From Isurus oxyrinchus (Eukaryota), in NCBI GenBank assembly GCA_026770705.1, contig JANJGN010000042.1, positions 6,138,001 through 6,202,000 of the forward strand: 64,000 bases of DNA, in the 5' to 3' direction. The notes beneath the pieces were generated by a model. That model was not told the DNA's origin and did not search any database. It worked only from the letters and a program-made list of their open reading frames with translations. A program made the translations under genes and the position numbers. Below, one piece after another: positions 24,815-38,053 of this stretch (its first letter is position 1; each line of letters begins with the position of its first letter).

Positions 24815-26926
24815 TGGTTACACCAGTTATTATTGACCATCCCTAATTGCCCTTGAAAGGTAGTGATGAGCCGCCTTAATGAAATGCTGTTGCCCACATG
24901 GTTTACGTGTAAAAACATTTATGTCAGGAAGGCAGTTAGAGGGCTTTGGGCCAGCACCATTGATAGCACGGCAACATATTTCCAAGTCAGGGTGGCGTGT
25001 GGTTTGGAGGGGAACTTGCAGTCGGTGGTGTTCCATTTCATCTACAACCTTTGTCCTTCAACGTGGTAGAGTCACGTGATTGCATCGTGCTGTCGATGGA
25101 GGCTTTGTGAGTTGCTGAAGTTCATTTTGTGTGGTACATACTGTGGTCACTATCTGTCTCTGACTGAGGGCCTTAATGTTTAAGGCGGTGGATAAGGTGC
25201 CATTGAAGGGGGCACCATTTCCTGGATATTGCTGCGTTTCCTGAGTGCTGTTGGAGCTGCATCTATCTGGGCAAGTGGACAATATTACATCACACTCTTG
25301 CCTTGTGCTTTGTAGATCGTGGACAGTTCCTGGGGGGTAATGAGGTGAGCTTTTCACTGCAGAGTTCCTAGTCTGTGAACTGCTCTTTTCGCCACATTAT
25401 TCACCTGGAAGGTACAGTTCAGGTTCTGTCCAATAGTAATCCCCACAATGTTGATATTGGGGGGAATCAGTGATAGTCATGTCATTGATTGTCAGATGGA
25501 AATGATCAGATTCTTTCATGCTGGAGATGACCATTGCCTGATAATGGTATCGAACGAATGTTAGTTTCAACTTATCAGCCCAAGTGTAGATTTTGTCCTA
25601 TTCTTGCTGCCCAAAGCCACGAGCTGCTCCAGTATCTATGGTGCGGATATTCATGTTGAACCTTGTACAATCATCACTAACATCCCCACTTCTGACCTTA
25701 TGATGGAAGGAAGGTCATTGATGAACCATGGGAAGATTTTTGGTCCGAGGACACTACCCCGAGGAACTCCTGCAGGAATATCCTAGGACCAAGATGACTG
25801 ACCTTGAGAAATGACAATGATCTTTTTTGCTAAGTATGACTCTCACCATTTTCCCATTGACGACAGTTATTTTAGGCTCCTTAATGGCACACCCTGTCAA
25901 ATGATGCCCTGACGTCACAGCAGTCATTCTCACCTCTTGAGTTCAATTCTGGTTCATATTTGGATCAAGACTGTAATGGCGTTCAGAGCTGAGTAGCGAT
26001 GATGTACCCCAAACTGAGCGTCAGCGAGCACCTCTGTATTACACTGTTGAAAGCACCTCCCATAAAATTGTTGATAACCAAGAGTAAACTGATGGCGTGG
26101 TAAAACTGGCTGTGTTGGTTTTGTCCCTTCTTTTTGTGCACACTCTAAAATAGGGCAATGTTCTACTTTGCAGGGTAAACGTCACTGTTCCAAATACACT
26201 GGAACAGCTTGGCTAAGGGTACAGCTTATTAAGCAGGAAAAGATTTCCGCACGATTGTTGGAATGTTGTCAGGGCCCGAAACCTTTTGCATTTTCGAGCG
26301 CCTTCTGCAGATTCTTCACGAAGTAGCGTGAATCCATTTGGCTGAAAACTGGCTCTTCTGATGATGCTGAGCTCAAGAGCAGGGAAATTGGGCATCCACT
26401 GGGCATTTCTAGCTGAATATGTTTGCAAATTATTCAGCATTGTATTTTGCACTTATGATTTGGGCCCACCGATTATTGGTGATGAGGATATTCATGAATT
26501 CTCATCGTCTTGTTAGTTGTTGACTTATCTAAGCACTTTTATGACTGGATGTGGCTGGACTGCAGACCTTCAATATGATACGTTGGTTGTGGGATCCCTT
26601 ACCTCTCTCGCTTGCATGCTGTTTCTGCTTTTTGGCAATCAAGTATCTTGTGTTCTCCCTTCGCCATGTTGACACCTCTACATTAGGCCTGCCTGATTCT
26701 GCCCAACTCATGCCCTCCTCCACTCTTCATTAAACCAGAGTGGATCCACTGATTTGACGGTAGTGGTGCAGTGGGCTATTTGCAGGGCCTCGAGATTATA
26801 CATTGCGGTTGAATAGAATTCCACTGCTGCTGATGGTCCACATTGCCTCATGACGCCCAGTTTGAAGTTTCAAGATGTGTTGGAAATCAATCCCAAAGAG
26901 CACGGTGGTAGGTGCCATACAACAGG
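24815..26926 (-). mobile_element. LINE family B (non-CR1 APE-RT LINE, clade unassigned), 3' part (paralog ~41600-43703)
   Basis: Paralog minus ORF KALETAKVSGPDNIPAIALKSCPPELAVPLAKLFQ..TGIHP and GVPRGS motif (ccccgaggaactcc); 3' end matches 4947-5132. Both copies break at ACAACAGG. Confidence 0.8.
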
Positions 26927-29590
26927 AATATCTCCGCTAAGTGTTTCTCAAGATAGAATTCAGATTAGCAGTCACTCTCTGATATGAAACTTAGGTGTGC
27001 TTGTTAATAGGCATAGTTAACAGAAACGCCTATGTCACTTCCAGTTATCAGTCAGCCAACTGAAAGTTGCTACCTGAATAGATGTTATTTACTGGAGCAG
27101 ACAGCTGACTTAGCAGTTGCATCTTGGTTTGCGCCATCTGCTCTCTCGAGAGAATTATACAGTGTGAGATGACAAAGTGAGATGACAAGGCTTGCCTGCG
27201 ACGAGGAACAAAAGCCAATTTGGGAATTTGGTTTAAGTGAGAAATCGGTGCAAAGGAAGAAGGAGGTGCACTTTTTGTACCATTCTGGGGCCTTCAGTAG
27301 CAGGTAGGTTTTTTTCTGCCAAAAATCTATGGGGGATAACTTGCTACTAGTTTAGCTGTATCAATTAGTATATAATTGATTTGTTCATTAAATAAGATTA
27401 TTCAGCCATGACAGTCATACTGGCGTGCTTTAATTCAAAAACATCAGAATCTGTGGAATGATTGCAATCCCAAAAAACTAAATCTGTGGCAAGAGATTTC
27501 GCCTCTGATCTATTGAGCAATGTTTTGGTTTCTGCGACACACAGATACCACAACCAAGAAGATTGGTAACACAATTATGTGGGCTCTTTTATTTCATGGG
27601 GTGAAACCACATGCACCAATCTCTGCAAGTGCGCTGACAGGTCCTGTCCCTCGAGCTGCTCATATCTTCAGCGTGATGATTAATTGAGCATGTACATCGC
27701 AAACTCTCTGATAGTGTACAGTAGTTATAGATAGGCTCTTTAAAGGCATTCGACCGCAAGCAGAAGCCAGAGACCCAGACTTTGTGTAGCGTCTGGGAGG
27801 GGGATCGCTATCCAGACATTGTGTTCCAGGAACCTCTCTCAGCCCTTTAGGCCAAGTAGAAAGTTAGAGTCTTGCAATTATCAGAGACAGCGGATTATGA
27901 CTGTGAGATAGGCAGGGATCAGTATGCTGTAGATACTGATGGTGGGTTCAGAGCCCTTGAATTTGCCCAAGAGACAGATGTGCTTGTGGCCTACTTGAAT
28001 GAGCAGAAAGACGGCATTCATGGGGAAGCGGCACAAGCACCCATTAAAGATAGGATTGTTCAATTGGCACAGGCTGTGCTGAAACATGGCTGTTGGCAGT
28101 GTCATGGTGAACTGTATAACTAGGGTTTCTGTTACTTCGTCAAATGTAGGGTGGGAGCAGAGTCTGTGTGAAGGGAGGTATAGAAATATGAAGATAAAAG
28201 TCAAGGCAATGGAACAAACTAAAAACCAGCAGAGCAGATCAGGAAGGTGCAAAGAGTTGAACAGTAATCCTGCATCAGAAAGTGAAAAAATAACATTCAG
28301 GCAATAGTCGCCGACATTAAACTAAATTATCCTTATCAGGATACAGAAATACACTCACAATACAATAAATCGATGAACTATTGTCACAAATCGAGATAAA
28401 CAACTAACAGCTATTCTTCAATACAGAAACAGAGCTGCACGGTGACTAAGGTTGTAGTATAAGTATTCCAGGCTACGCAATATGTTTCAAATGGAGACTG
28501 AATTGCCAAGCGGTACTGATAGTAAATGATGGCATAAGGACCTTAGTGAGCAAGGGCCTTGGATCAGAAGATCATGCAGTGGAATCTGGTTAGGTGAATA
28601 TTTTGGACAAAGAGAGTCAGTAAACCCTGGTGGGAGTAGGTTATACATCCACTAGGAGAACCTAACAGTTGCAAAGAGCATTAAACAAGAAATTATTGGA
28701 ACCTGTCACAAAGGCTATTTAATAAAACTGGGGAATTTTAATCCTCATAAAAATAAGGCATAACAAATTGACAAGGGTCGTCAAGAAGATGATTATTTCT
28801 TGGAACAATGCTTCGCGAAAAAAGATCCACTGGGAGCTGCTGATCGTTATGCATTTAACTTCCACGTTAAGCTTGAGAGCGACATATTCTACCAAACAAT
28901 AACATTCAATTTAAATAAAACCAATTATTTAGGAATGAGGAGAGGACTGAGTAAGTGTGGTTGGGGTAAACGAATTACAGTTATGGTAGTAAATAAACAG
29001 TGGGAACAATTTCAAGGAACAATTCATATTTTTGGACAAAATTCATTCGATTGTAAAACCAAAAACTCAACAAGAAAAATCACATCCGAGTATTACTCAG
29101 GAAGTAAAGATGGTATCAGATTAAAAAGAAAAACGTATAATGTTGCAAAGAGTGGGAGCAAGACTGAGGATTAAGATTGTATTACAAAGAATGAAAAGAT
29201 CAGCCAAAAGTTGCTAAAAAGGGGGGAAAGCATTCAATTGCAGAGCACACTAGACAGGAGCATAAAACAGATTGTAAAAACTTTCACTAGTTAAAACATG
29301 AATGTAACTGAAGTAAACACTTACTAGTGTCAGGGGAAATTGTTACCGGGAATGACGAGATGGCAGGGAAATTGAACAGATAGGTGGTGAGTACCTTCAC
29401 AATGGAAATTACAAGATGCTCACCAGGAATATAAGTTAACATAAGTGCTTATAAGAGTGAATAAATTAAGGTAATTTATATCAACAGAAAAATTACTGAA
29501 GACAAAAAAAAACGGACATCTGCCAAGTTCCCAGGGCCTGATGGCATTTAACTTGGGCGCCTAAAAGTGCCAGAGACAGTGGATTCCCTG
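26927..29590 (+). mobile_element. Degenerate CR1 5' region (5' UTR/ORF1 zinc-finger-like remnant near 27410-27520; endonuclease to tether region 28330-29590)
   Basis: aactaaatctgtggcaag (IC.KC-like), gtattccaggctac (IPGY), GAADRYAFNF..NLNKTNYLGMRRGL..W and ccagggcctgatggc (PGPDG). Confidence 0.55.
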
Positions 29591-29599
29591 GCATATACT

Positions 29600-30928
29600 T
29601 TTCATTCACAGGATGTGGGTTTCGCTGGCTTGGCCAGCATTTATTGTCCATTCCTAATAGCCCTTGAGCTGGTGAGCGGCTTTGCAGCCATGTGGTGTAG
29701 GTGGACCCACAGCTTATGTGCTTGGAAGGTGCTATCGAAGGAGTCCTGTTGCATTCCTGCAGTGCATCTAGTAGATGATGCACACAGATGCTACTGTGCT
29801 GTAGGGGGTACATGTTCGCACATGTGATGCCAATCAAGTGGGCGGGTTTGCCTGGATGTTCTCCAGCTTCTTGAGTGCTGTGAGAGCTGCACACATGCAG
29901 GCAAGTGGAGAGTATCCAATGGCACTCCTGAGTTGTGCTTTGTAGATTGGTGGACAGACTTTGCGGAGTCAGGAGGTGAGATTCTCGTCCCAGGATTCCT
30001 AGCCTGTGGCCTGATCTTGTAGTCAAAGTATTTATATGCCAGTTCAATTTCGGGTCAATGTTAACCCCCAGGATGTTGATACCAGGGGGATTCTGCGATA
30101 GTAATGTCATTGGTAATGATTGGTGGCTAGATTCTCCCTTGTTGCAGAGGGACATAGCTTGTCATTTGAGTAGCAGGATTGTTAGTTGCTACTTGTCAGT
30201 CCAAAACAGGTTACGGTACAGGTCTTGCTGCATTTGGACACGAACTGCTTCAGCATCAGAGGAGTCACGAATTGTGTATTTACATTGTGGAATCATCAGC
30301 AAACACCCCCACCTCTGACCTTATGATGAAAGGAAGGTCATTGATGAAACAGCTGAAGGTGGTTGGGCCGAGGTCACTATCCTGAGCAACCCAGTGTTGT
30401 AGATGAACTAGCACATAGCTTTGCTAGTGGCCTGGCAAGTTTTGGAGTACGAGTCATCAGTACCATTGACGGAATATTTTCCTGGACCGTCGCATTTGTA
30501 CAATTCTAGGCCTTCAGCCTTTTCTTGAAATCACGTGAAGTGAATCAAATTGGCTGAAGACTGGCATCTGTGATTCTGGGGACGTACAGATGAGTCCAAG
30601 GTGGCTCATCCACTGGGCAACTCTGGGTGATGATTGCAGCAAATGCTCCAGCAGTATCTATTGCACTGATGTGCTGGGCTCCTCCATCATTGAGGATGGG
30701 AATGTTTTTGTAACCTCCTCCTTCAGTGAGTTGTTTAATTGTCCACCGTGATTCACAACTGCAAGTGGCAGAACTGATCCATTGGTTGCGGGATCGCTTA
30801 GCTCTGCCTATCACTTACTGATTATGCTGTTTGGCATGCAAGCAGTCCTGTGTTATAGCTCCCCCAGGTTGACACCTCTTTTTTAGGTGTGCCTGGTTCT
30901 GCTACTGACAAGACCTTCTAAATTCTTC
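29600..30928 (-). mobile_element. LINE family B fragment abutting the start of duplicate copy 2
   Basis: Minus ORFs INILGVNIDPKLNWHINTL..SGHRLGILGR and WTIKQLTEGGGYKNIPILNDGGAQHISA; 3' end ggatgtgggtttcgctggcttggccagcattt. Confidence 0.8.
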
Positions 30929-31383
30929 TGTGACTCCACCCCATTTTCCTGATGATCTGTTAGGTTATTTAGCCTGTGAACTGCAAGTGATTCGAGCCTG
31001 AGTCCACCCTTCTATTCAGATAGGGGCCGAGTGAACCTTCTGAATAGATTTTTGATTATTTTGGTGTTATCGGCTGCTAAAGGAGAAAACCTAAACTTCA
31101 ATCACATGGGATTGATCATTTTTCACGGAAACGTGCAAATGATGCACACATTATCATTTAAAATCACTCCTATGACCTAGGTACCCTGTATGACACCCAA
31201 TGTCACCACCCAACAATCATACCCATGTTTTTGGAAAATTACATTAATCGACTTAAGGTATTTTCATGTTCCTTTACTTTGACTTCCAATGCAGCATACC
31301 CCTGCCAGCTGCCTCCTTTGTGTTATATCTGGTCTATATTCAACCTGATCTCATTTATAACACACTCCATTTATTTATTCTAG

Positions 31384-31542
31384 AACTCCCTCAAATAATG
31401 GAAGGACTGGAAGACCAATTGGTAGAGGAAGACGGATTAAAAAAACTTCGACGAGTATTTAGGCACGGCATCAACAGTAGTCGCTTTCGTCACTTTGTTC
31501 ATTCTAAGTACGATATACAGCTCATATGTGACAGGCCTTAAG
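31384..31542 (+). pseudogene. Duplicated TM1 exon with a +1 frameshift in an A7 run
   Basis: Acceptor intact (ttattctAG), 159 nt vs 158 nt. TTA GAA AAC has become TTA AAA AAA C. Donor is AAG|GTCAAG. 13 substitutions relative to TM1 by my count (6 synonymous, 7 non-synonymous). Confidence 0.85.
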
Positions 31543-34500
31543 GTCAAGATGGCTCGCAGTAGTATCGGGAAAATGTGTAAATTTATTCAACAGTTGAATT
31601 TCTTACCGAGATATAGCTAAGGTACAGATGAAGAACTAAACATTTCAATATTTGCATAATTTAAATCTATCCCACAGCGTTAGGTTGAGTTTCAATAGTA
31701 ATTTCCATCTATATATTTTGTAAGCCTCCCTATTTTGAAGATTGGGGAGAAGGCTTAATGCATAGTAATATTATTGCCACATTAAGCAGAAGAATATGTC
31801 AATGATGAAAAAAAAGATGCATTGTTTCTAGATTCTGGATCTTTAGGTAATGACCTGAACCAGTTGGTGATGTGATGGCAAATCCCTTGAAGCATTGACC
31901 ATGAGGTTTTTGAAGTCACGAGAAGTTTTCTCTGAGAGAAAGCAGAGCGCACAAGCAAAGCGTTTGCATGCAAACATGGATCACTGTAAAGAGATGAAGA
32001 AATTATTGATTGCAGATTGATGGGAGATGGATCAACGTGAATCGAATGGAAAATCATTTATTATGATTGCTAGGAGGTGGAAAACAGTGCGGGTTGAGGA
32101 AAGCACTAGCTCACAAGGATGTAAGGTTAATCACTGTGAAATGATTAGGAAAGCGTACCCTACGAAATGATGGGAAATGGATCATTGTGGAGACACGAAG
32201 AAAGCAGTGACTAGGGAAGAATAGGGGGTGATGTGTCCGTTGGAGAGATGAAAACAAACATTTACTATGGAAGGTTACCAAACAGGAGCATTGTTAATAG
32301 GTGAGAAGGGGATTGACGGAAGGAATGGAGAAAATGTTAGCTTTTAAATTGATCAGCAAATGATACAAGATGAAGGTCGGTTGGCCCAAAAATCCACAAT
32401 CATAGAAAAATAAACTATAGATCTGGGCTTCAATTTTAGCAAATGACAACAGTTAAGGTTAGGATTAAACCGAAGAGTAAATATTATGTCAAGAAGAAGA
32501 CAAAGGGAAGTTTGTGGCGCTCACCATTCTCCATCATTCATTCAGATTGTGGCTGATCTGTGCTTTAGCGAATTAAGCACATCTTACCTTCATGATTATT
32601 AATATGCCTAACTAACAAAGCTCTGTCAAACGCAGTTGTAAGCATTTAAATTGGCATCCAACCTCCACATTTAATTTCCTTTTGGGCTGAGGGGAGAGTC
32701 TTAGATGGCATCCAGCCAATGTGCAAAGAAGTGTTCCCTCGATTCGTCCCTGAAATACCAAACTCTACTTTTAAGGTTTTTTTCGTGTTTTTGTCATATG
32801 GTAGATTTTTGTTTTTAGTTTATTACTATATTAACAGCCATATCAAGTAATTATTTAAGTAACTCAATTAGATCACCCTGTAATCGTCCAGGCAACACAA
32901 TCCGAAGGTGAAGATCATGCTGGCATAATTTTAACCATTTTGTGACCGGTGTTGTTCTGGTGAATCTCTGTTCCATTCCTGCAAGCACTTCCTGATGTGG
33001 GCTTCGCAGAAGTGAACAAAGTAACGAGAGCTTTGTACAACTGAGACAAGGTATCTACCCCTTTGGATTCCAACTACCCCATGCCCAGGGTTAAAGCCAA
33101 CTATCCATTTGCTTCTTTAATTATTTGTATTCCTTTCCCACTAACTTTAAGGATTTCCGTAGTTGGAAAGCTAATTATTCGAGATGTTCTACAGTTTTTA
33201 TCGTCTCATAGTTAGAAAATAACAATCGTCTATCTTCCTTAATTTCAGACTAGATGACCTCACGTTTCCATAGGGAACTTTACATATCGTTGTGCAGAGC
33301 CTACCCCAATCCCGCATTGATTTAATTTTAGGAAGACCACTTGCGACTTTCTACTCTTTGCTGTGCTGCTTAAATTATCATTGTCAGCAAATTGAGGTGT
33401 ACGGCTCTCTATTCCGACTTCTCAAACCCTTGACAAGCATAGCAGATAAAGTACATCCCAATTCAGAGGCCCCCCTCCCAGAGACAAATAGCTGGCAATT
33501 CTTGTGCTGGAAGCACTTTCCATTATTTACTAAAATCTACTCATAATCGTTTCTATTCCAACATATTAGGTTTCCCAGTGCCAACACATAACTGAATGTT
33601 TTGTTCCTGGTCCCATACCAGTAATTCTCATTGCTTCTGTCGCTAAGCCTTTTCATCCTGAAGGTTAGTGCTGAGAATTGGAGACAAGACTGATCTATGG
33701 TTCCTGGAATATTCCCCACCTCTGGCGCGAGGGGAGCTGACGTGTAGTTCAATTGCATAATGTTATCTTTTTTTGGACAGGGTACGTTATTGATAAGCTT
33801 CCATTCTCCTGTAACTAGGCCCATATCAAAGCAGAACTGCAACTTCGTGTCCAGACTATCTGCAATTGTAATTCATACTTCACTAATCCGTTTCTGATGC
33901 ATCCCATCCAACTGGGTGAATTTTTCACCTTGTGCACTGGCAGAACATTAACTTCTTCCCTTGCATCTGTGCTTCTCCCCTGTTTTTATTTTCTTTCCAG
34001 TGCCACCTTCTGACTGTGACATTTCCAGCATTAATTTCTTCCCTGAAGACTTTTGCAAAGTATTAACTTAGTCCCTACGTCGTACTCCCTCTACCTCCAG
34101 AATAGAGTTAACTTTCGCTTTCTAATTGACTCAGCCTTATTTTGGCTACATGTTTTCTCTTTACATGTTTAGAACAGAGGTTTAGACTCACCTTTCCATT
34201 ACCTGATAATCTATTGCCAAATGCTCTTTGTCACTTTTACATGATCTCTTATCACTCCCTTTGTCTGCTTTATGAAAATAAACTATCGCCACTCAGAGAG
34301 CCTCCTCTTGTTCATTTAGTGATTTGCTTAGTCTTTCACGTCAATCCATCTGGAGCACGTCACCTTTCCATTCACCAAAATTAACGCCACTTCCGTTGAA
34401 TATTTTCACATATGATTAGTTCTTCTACAAATCCATATGTACTTTAAACATAATGATATTATCATTATTTTCCATATTATCTCCGTCTGCTACATGCCTC

Positions 34501-37500
34501 ACATAATTCCTTAGAACTAGATACGACACTGCTTCCTTCCTTGATTGGGGGTAAAACACAGAGACCATGAGAACTATCTTATCCACATTGCACGAGTGAC
34601 TCCATGTCTTTTTGTGTGATACAGTTTCATTCAGCCTCGTATAATAAATGATGCTCCCTATTGCCAATACGCTGAATTTCTAGCAAATTTCTGTGATGTT
34701 CCTGTAGTTTTGCTCCTCCATTTCCTCCCCACTATGTTGTGGTCCATTTTATACACCTAGCACCTAATAATGTTTCTGCTATTCATCAGTTTTACTGAAA
34801 CAAATTCCGTGTTCGAACTCTCAAGTACACCAACACTTTCTAATGCTTAGAAAGTATATTACGTAAATGTTCCACCTTCGCTCCTTTATTTTCCTTCCTC
34901 ATCTTGCCTCAAAATGTTGTTGACATGATTACAAAATTGACATGCCTTCCCTCACATCCCCTAGGTCTCTGTTACTGCAGTTACAACATAATGCTACGTG
35001 GTCTCTCGTACCTACAGCCCAATGATGTTAATTAACATTTACCAGGAATTAACACAAATGGACACAATGTGATCTTGGATTGTTTTGCAATTCTCCGTGC
35101 ACCAAACTATCTAATTCGGAGCTGTTCCTCAATTAAATCTAATTTGTTTCTTTACGCTCTCTGCAACTTTTCTCTGCCCTCAAGTTCTTCATCTGTTGGG
35201 TGGGTGGTGTTGGGGGTGGGGGGTGGTGGTGGTGGGGTAGTGGAGTTGGATGTGCCTTCTCTGCCATACTCATTTAAAGCCTCCACCACGATTTAATTAA
35301 TATTCCTGCGATGGATTGATTCCAGTCCTCTTTGTATGCAATGCGTCCACATTCTTCAGGTCCGAACAACCTCTCAAATGGTCCCATTGGCCCCATATTT
35401 TGAAGCATCTTCTGAACAGTTTCGTCATTCGTACATTAACCTGGATTATTTTGCTGCTCTTGCACTAACTGTTCTGTAGCACTGGGGATAATCGGGAGAT
35501 TGCCAACAGGAAGGATGTGCTCTAGGTGCTGAAATTATTTCGGTAGAATCTCAATCCTTTCCCTACCTGTATCATTGGTTGAAACATGGACCGTGACTTT
35601 TGGTCATTTTTCTTTCCTTTTCAAAATCTTCTTCATCTACTCAGTGATGTAACTGACGTTGGCACAATTGAGCTAAAGCGAAACTTATGTTGGTGGTGGC
35701 AGAAGCGCTGGCCAATTCCCCGGACTGTCAAGTTCCCTAAAGAACTGCAATCCTCCACTTCATGATTCACTGACTTGTTTAAATCTGGCCCCTAGTGACG
35801 TGGATGATTACTAGACAGCTCTACTCAAAGCCCTGCAAACCGATTTGAATATGTAACAATCCTGGAGGATTCCTGCACTGTGAGCATTTCCTTAACCTAT
35901 CGGATAACCAACCACTTACTAACCTCCTGAACACTAGATAGACAGGATGACAACCTCCTTGGATTAATGCACTTCAGGAGATTCTCAGGCCCACAGGAAC
36001 TCCAGATGCTCCTCGATTAGTATACATGAGTTGTTTGATTTCCTTTGCACCTTACTCATGTTTATTATTTTATTCATGTTGGAAACTTGATGTTTATTTA
36101 TTAATTTTGATCCGGGAAATTTTGCTGTCCTCTGCCGTGGGACCGTAAACCGAAGTCCCGTTTGCTTCCTCAGACAGAAGCAAACGATCCTGTGACATTA
36201 TTTCGAAGAAGGACAGGGAAGTTCTACCCGAAGCCCTGTTAAATATTTATCACTCAATCAACATCATGAAAAGGAGATTATCAGGTCATTATCACATTGA
36301 GCTTGCGGAGTTTGTTTTGTGGAAATCGACATACATTACAAAAGTGATTACAGCTCAGGAGGATTTCACTGGACAGAAAGGGCGCTGGACGTTCTGATGT
36401 GGTGAATAGTGCTACATAAATGCAATTCTTCCTTTTTTATTAATATTTTTCTCTCTCTTATCTATAATGATTTTCCAACTGTATCTATCCACTTATTTAG
36501 CTATCATTTTGAATAAAGACGTATTCCATGGTTGCACTTGATGTTGGACCCCTCTGTATAGTCCAGTAGGAGAGTGACGCATTGATACAGAGTTGGAGAC
36601 AGCGGACATGTCTCAAATTAAACAAGTTGCTAAACATCAAATTCTGAATAATTACACATTCAAATGTGAACATTTTTTTTGTTTCTGTCTCACACTTGAT
36701 ATATGTCACTCATCTCTCATTTTTTCCATCTCTCTTTCCGACTAACCATCTCTGTACCTGTCACCTATCTGTTTATATCTGTATGTACTTAATAATATTC
36801 CTCTCATGTACACACACATACACACACACACACCAGAAAATCTGTAGCATTGCACAGGGAGCATTGGGAGCAAGTATTGCTTTCACATGAGGAAAGCAAA
36901 GGATAATTAGAGCAAGGATATTATTCAGTTCACATTCCAAAGCCATTTTCTCAGTCCTTATTTCCCCCATGGCATTAAAAATTCCTAACAGCACATTTGC
37001 AATGTAGATTGCGAACATTCGCTTATTAGGTAGTGATTACAAACAGAAACTAACAACAATGTTTTTTCAGCATGCCCGTCCTCTCTGACAATGCTGTCGA
37101 TCACAATCTATACTTCAACCAACTGCACTTCTCTCCTCCCAAAACTGCAGTAGGTTTAACCATTTAGCTACATTATTGTTCATGTAACATCAACATATTT
37201 TCTAAACCTTACGTCATGATCCATGATATTAAAATGGAGAATGCTTATACTTACTCACCTTGTGAGACCATACTGCAAAGCAATTCACTGGAATTAGAAG
37301 GAACAGAGCAGAGTATATATACAATCACAGACAATACTAACCGAGAGGGTGCAATAGACTTTGAACAGAACATGGCATTACAATAGAAAGCAGTTTAATT
37401 TAGCTTGCCAGTAAAAGAATGACAATTCTTGTACACGCAAAAACCATGTCAGGACTGACTTTGAAGCATAGGGATAGTCAAGGGTAATAATGTGGAAATG

Positions 37501-38044
37501 GGAAAGTTCTGAACAGATACATGAGAACAAAAGAATTTGTTGTCCAGGTCAATATTTCATTGAAAGCTAGCGGATGATCAAAATACTAATGGGATGGCGT
37601 TTTTCTGGTCCAAACATATTGAGTAAGCAGCAATTTTTAAAGAAACACTATCGTTCAAATTTCATTTGGAATGCAATGTTCCGATCATAGGAACTGCAGA
37701 TGGACTACGTTAGGTGTGCTAGGAGTCAAGCAATGATTCACGAGTATCGTCATATTTGTTTCTGAAAATTGTATAATTATTGTGGGGTATTTAACATCCA
37801 TAACAAATAATTGACTTAAAGATCGAGAAGACACACAAGTGATATTTTCCATACTTAGGCTTCTGAATGTTGATGGCGGGGGTAATTCCCAAACCCAGAA
37901 TGATTGTTATCTTTCACGATAGTTATACATAATATTGTTGTTATTGTTGTTGTTGTATACCCCGGACGTTACAGTTGAACTGAACATCATTTTTCTCATT
38001 GCGGAACGCACTGGGTTTTAATGCTATGATTTTTTTCACTGCAG

Positions 38045-38053
38045 GTGAAATAG
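38045..38053 (+). pseudogene. Duplicated TM2 exon (intact VK-stop)
   Basis: atgatttttttcactgcAG|GTG AAA TAG, identical coding part to 21241-21249; downstream AATAAA retained at 38329-38334. Confidence 0.8.

Larger units (their letters stand above)
12391..27260 (+). repeat. Segmental tandem duplication, copy 1 (TM1-TM2 block)
   Basis: Collinear similarity to 30929-44040, from tgtgactcc..cctgatgatc..tgattcgagcctgagtccacc through to gaaatcggtgcaaagg; roughly 85-90% identity by eye, not computed. Confidence 0.93.
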
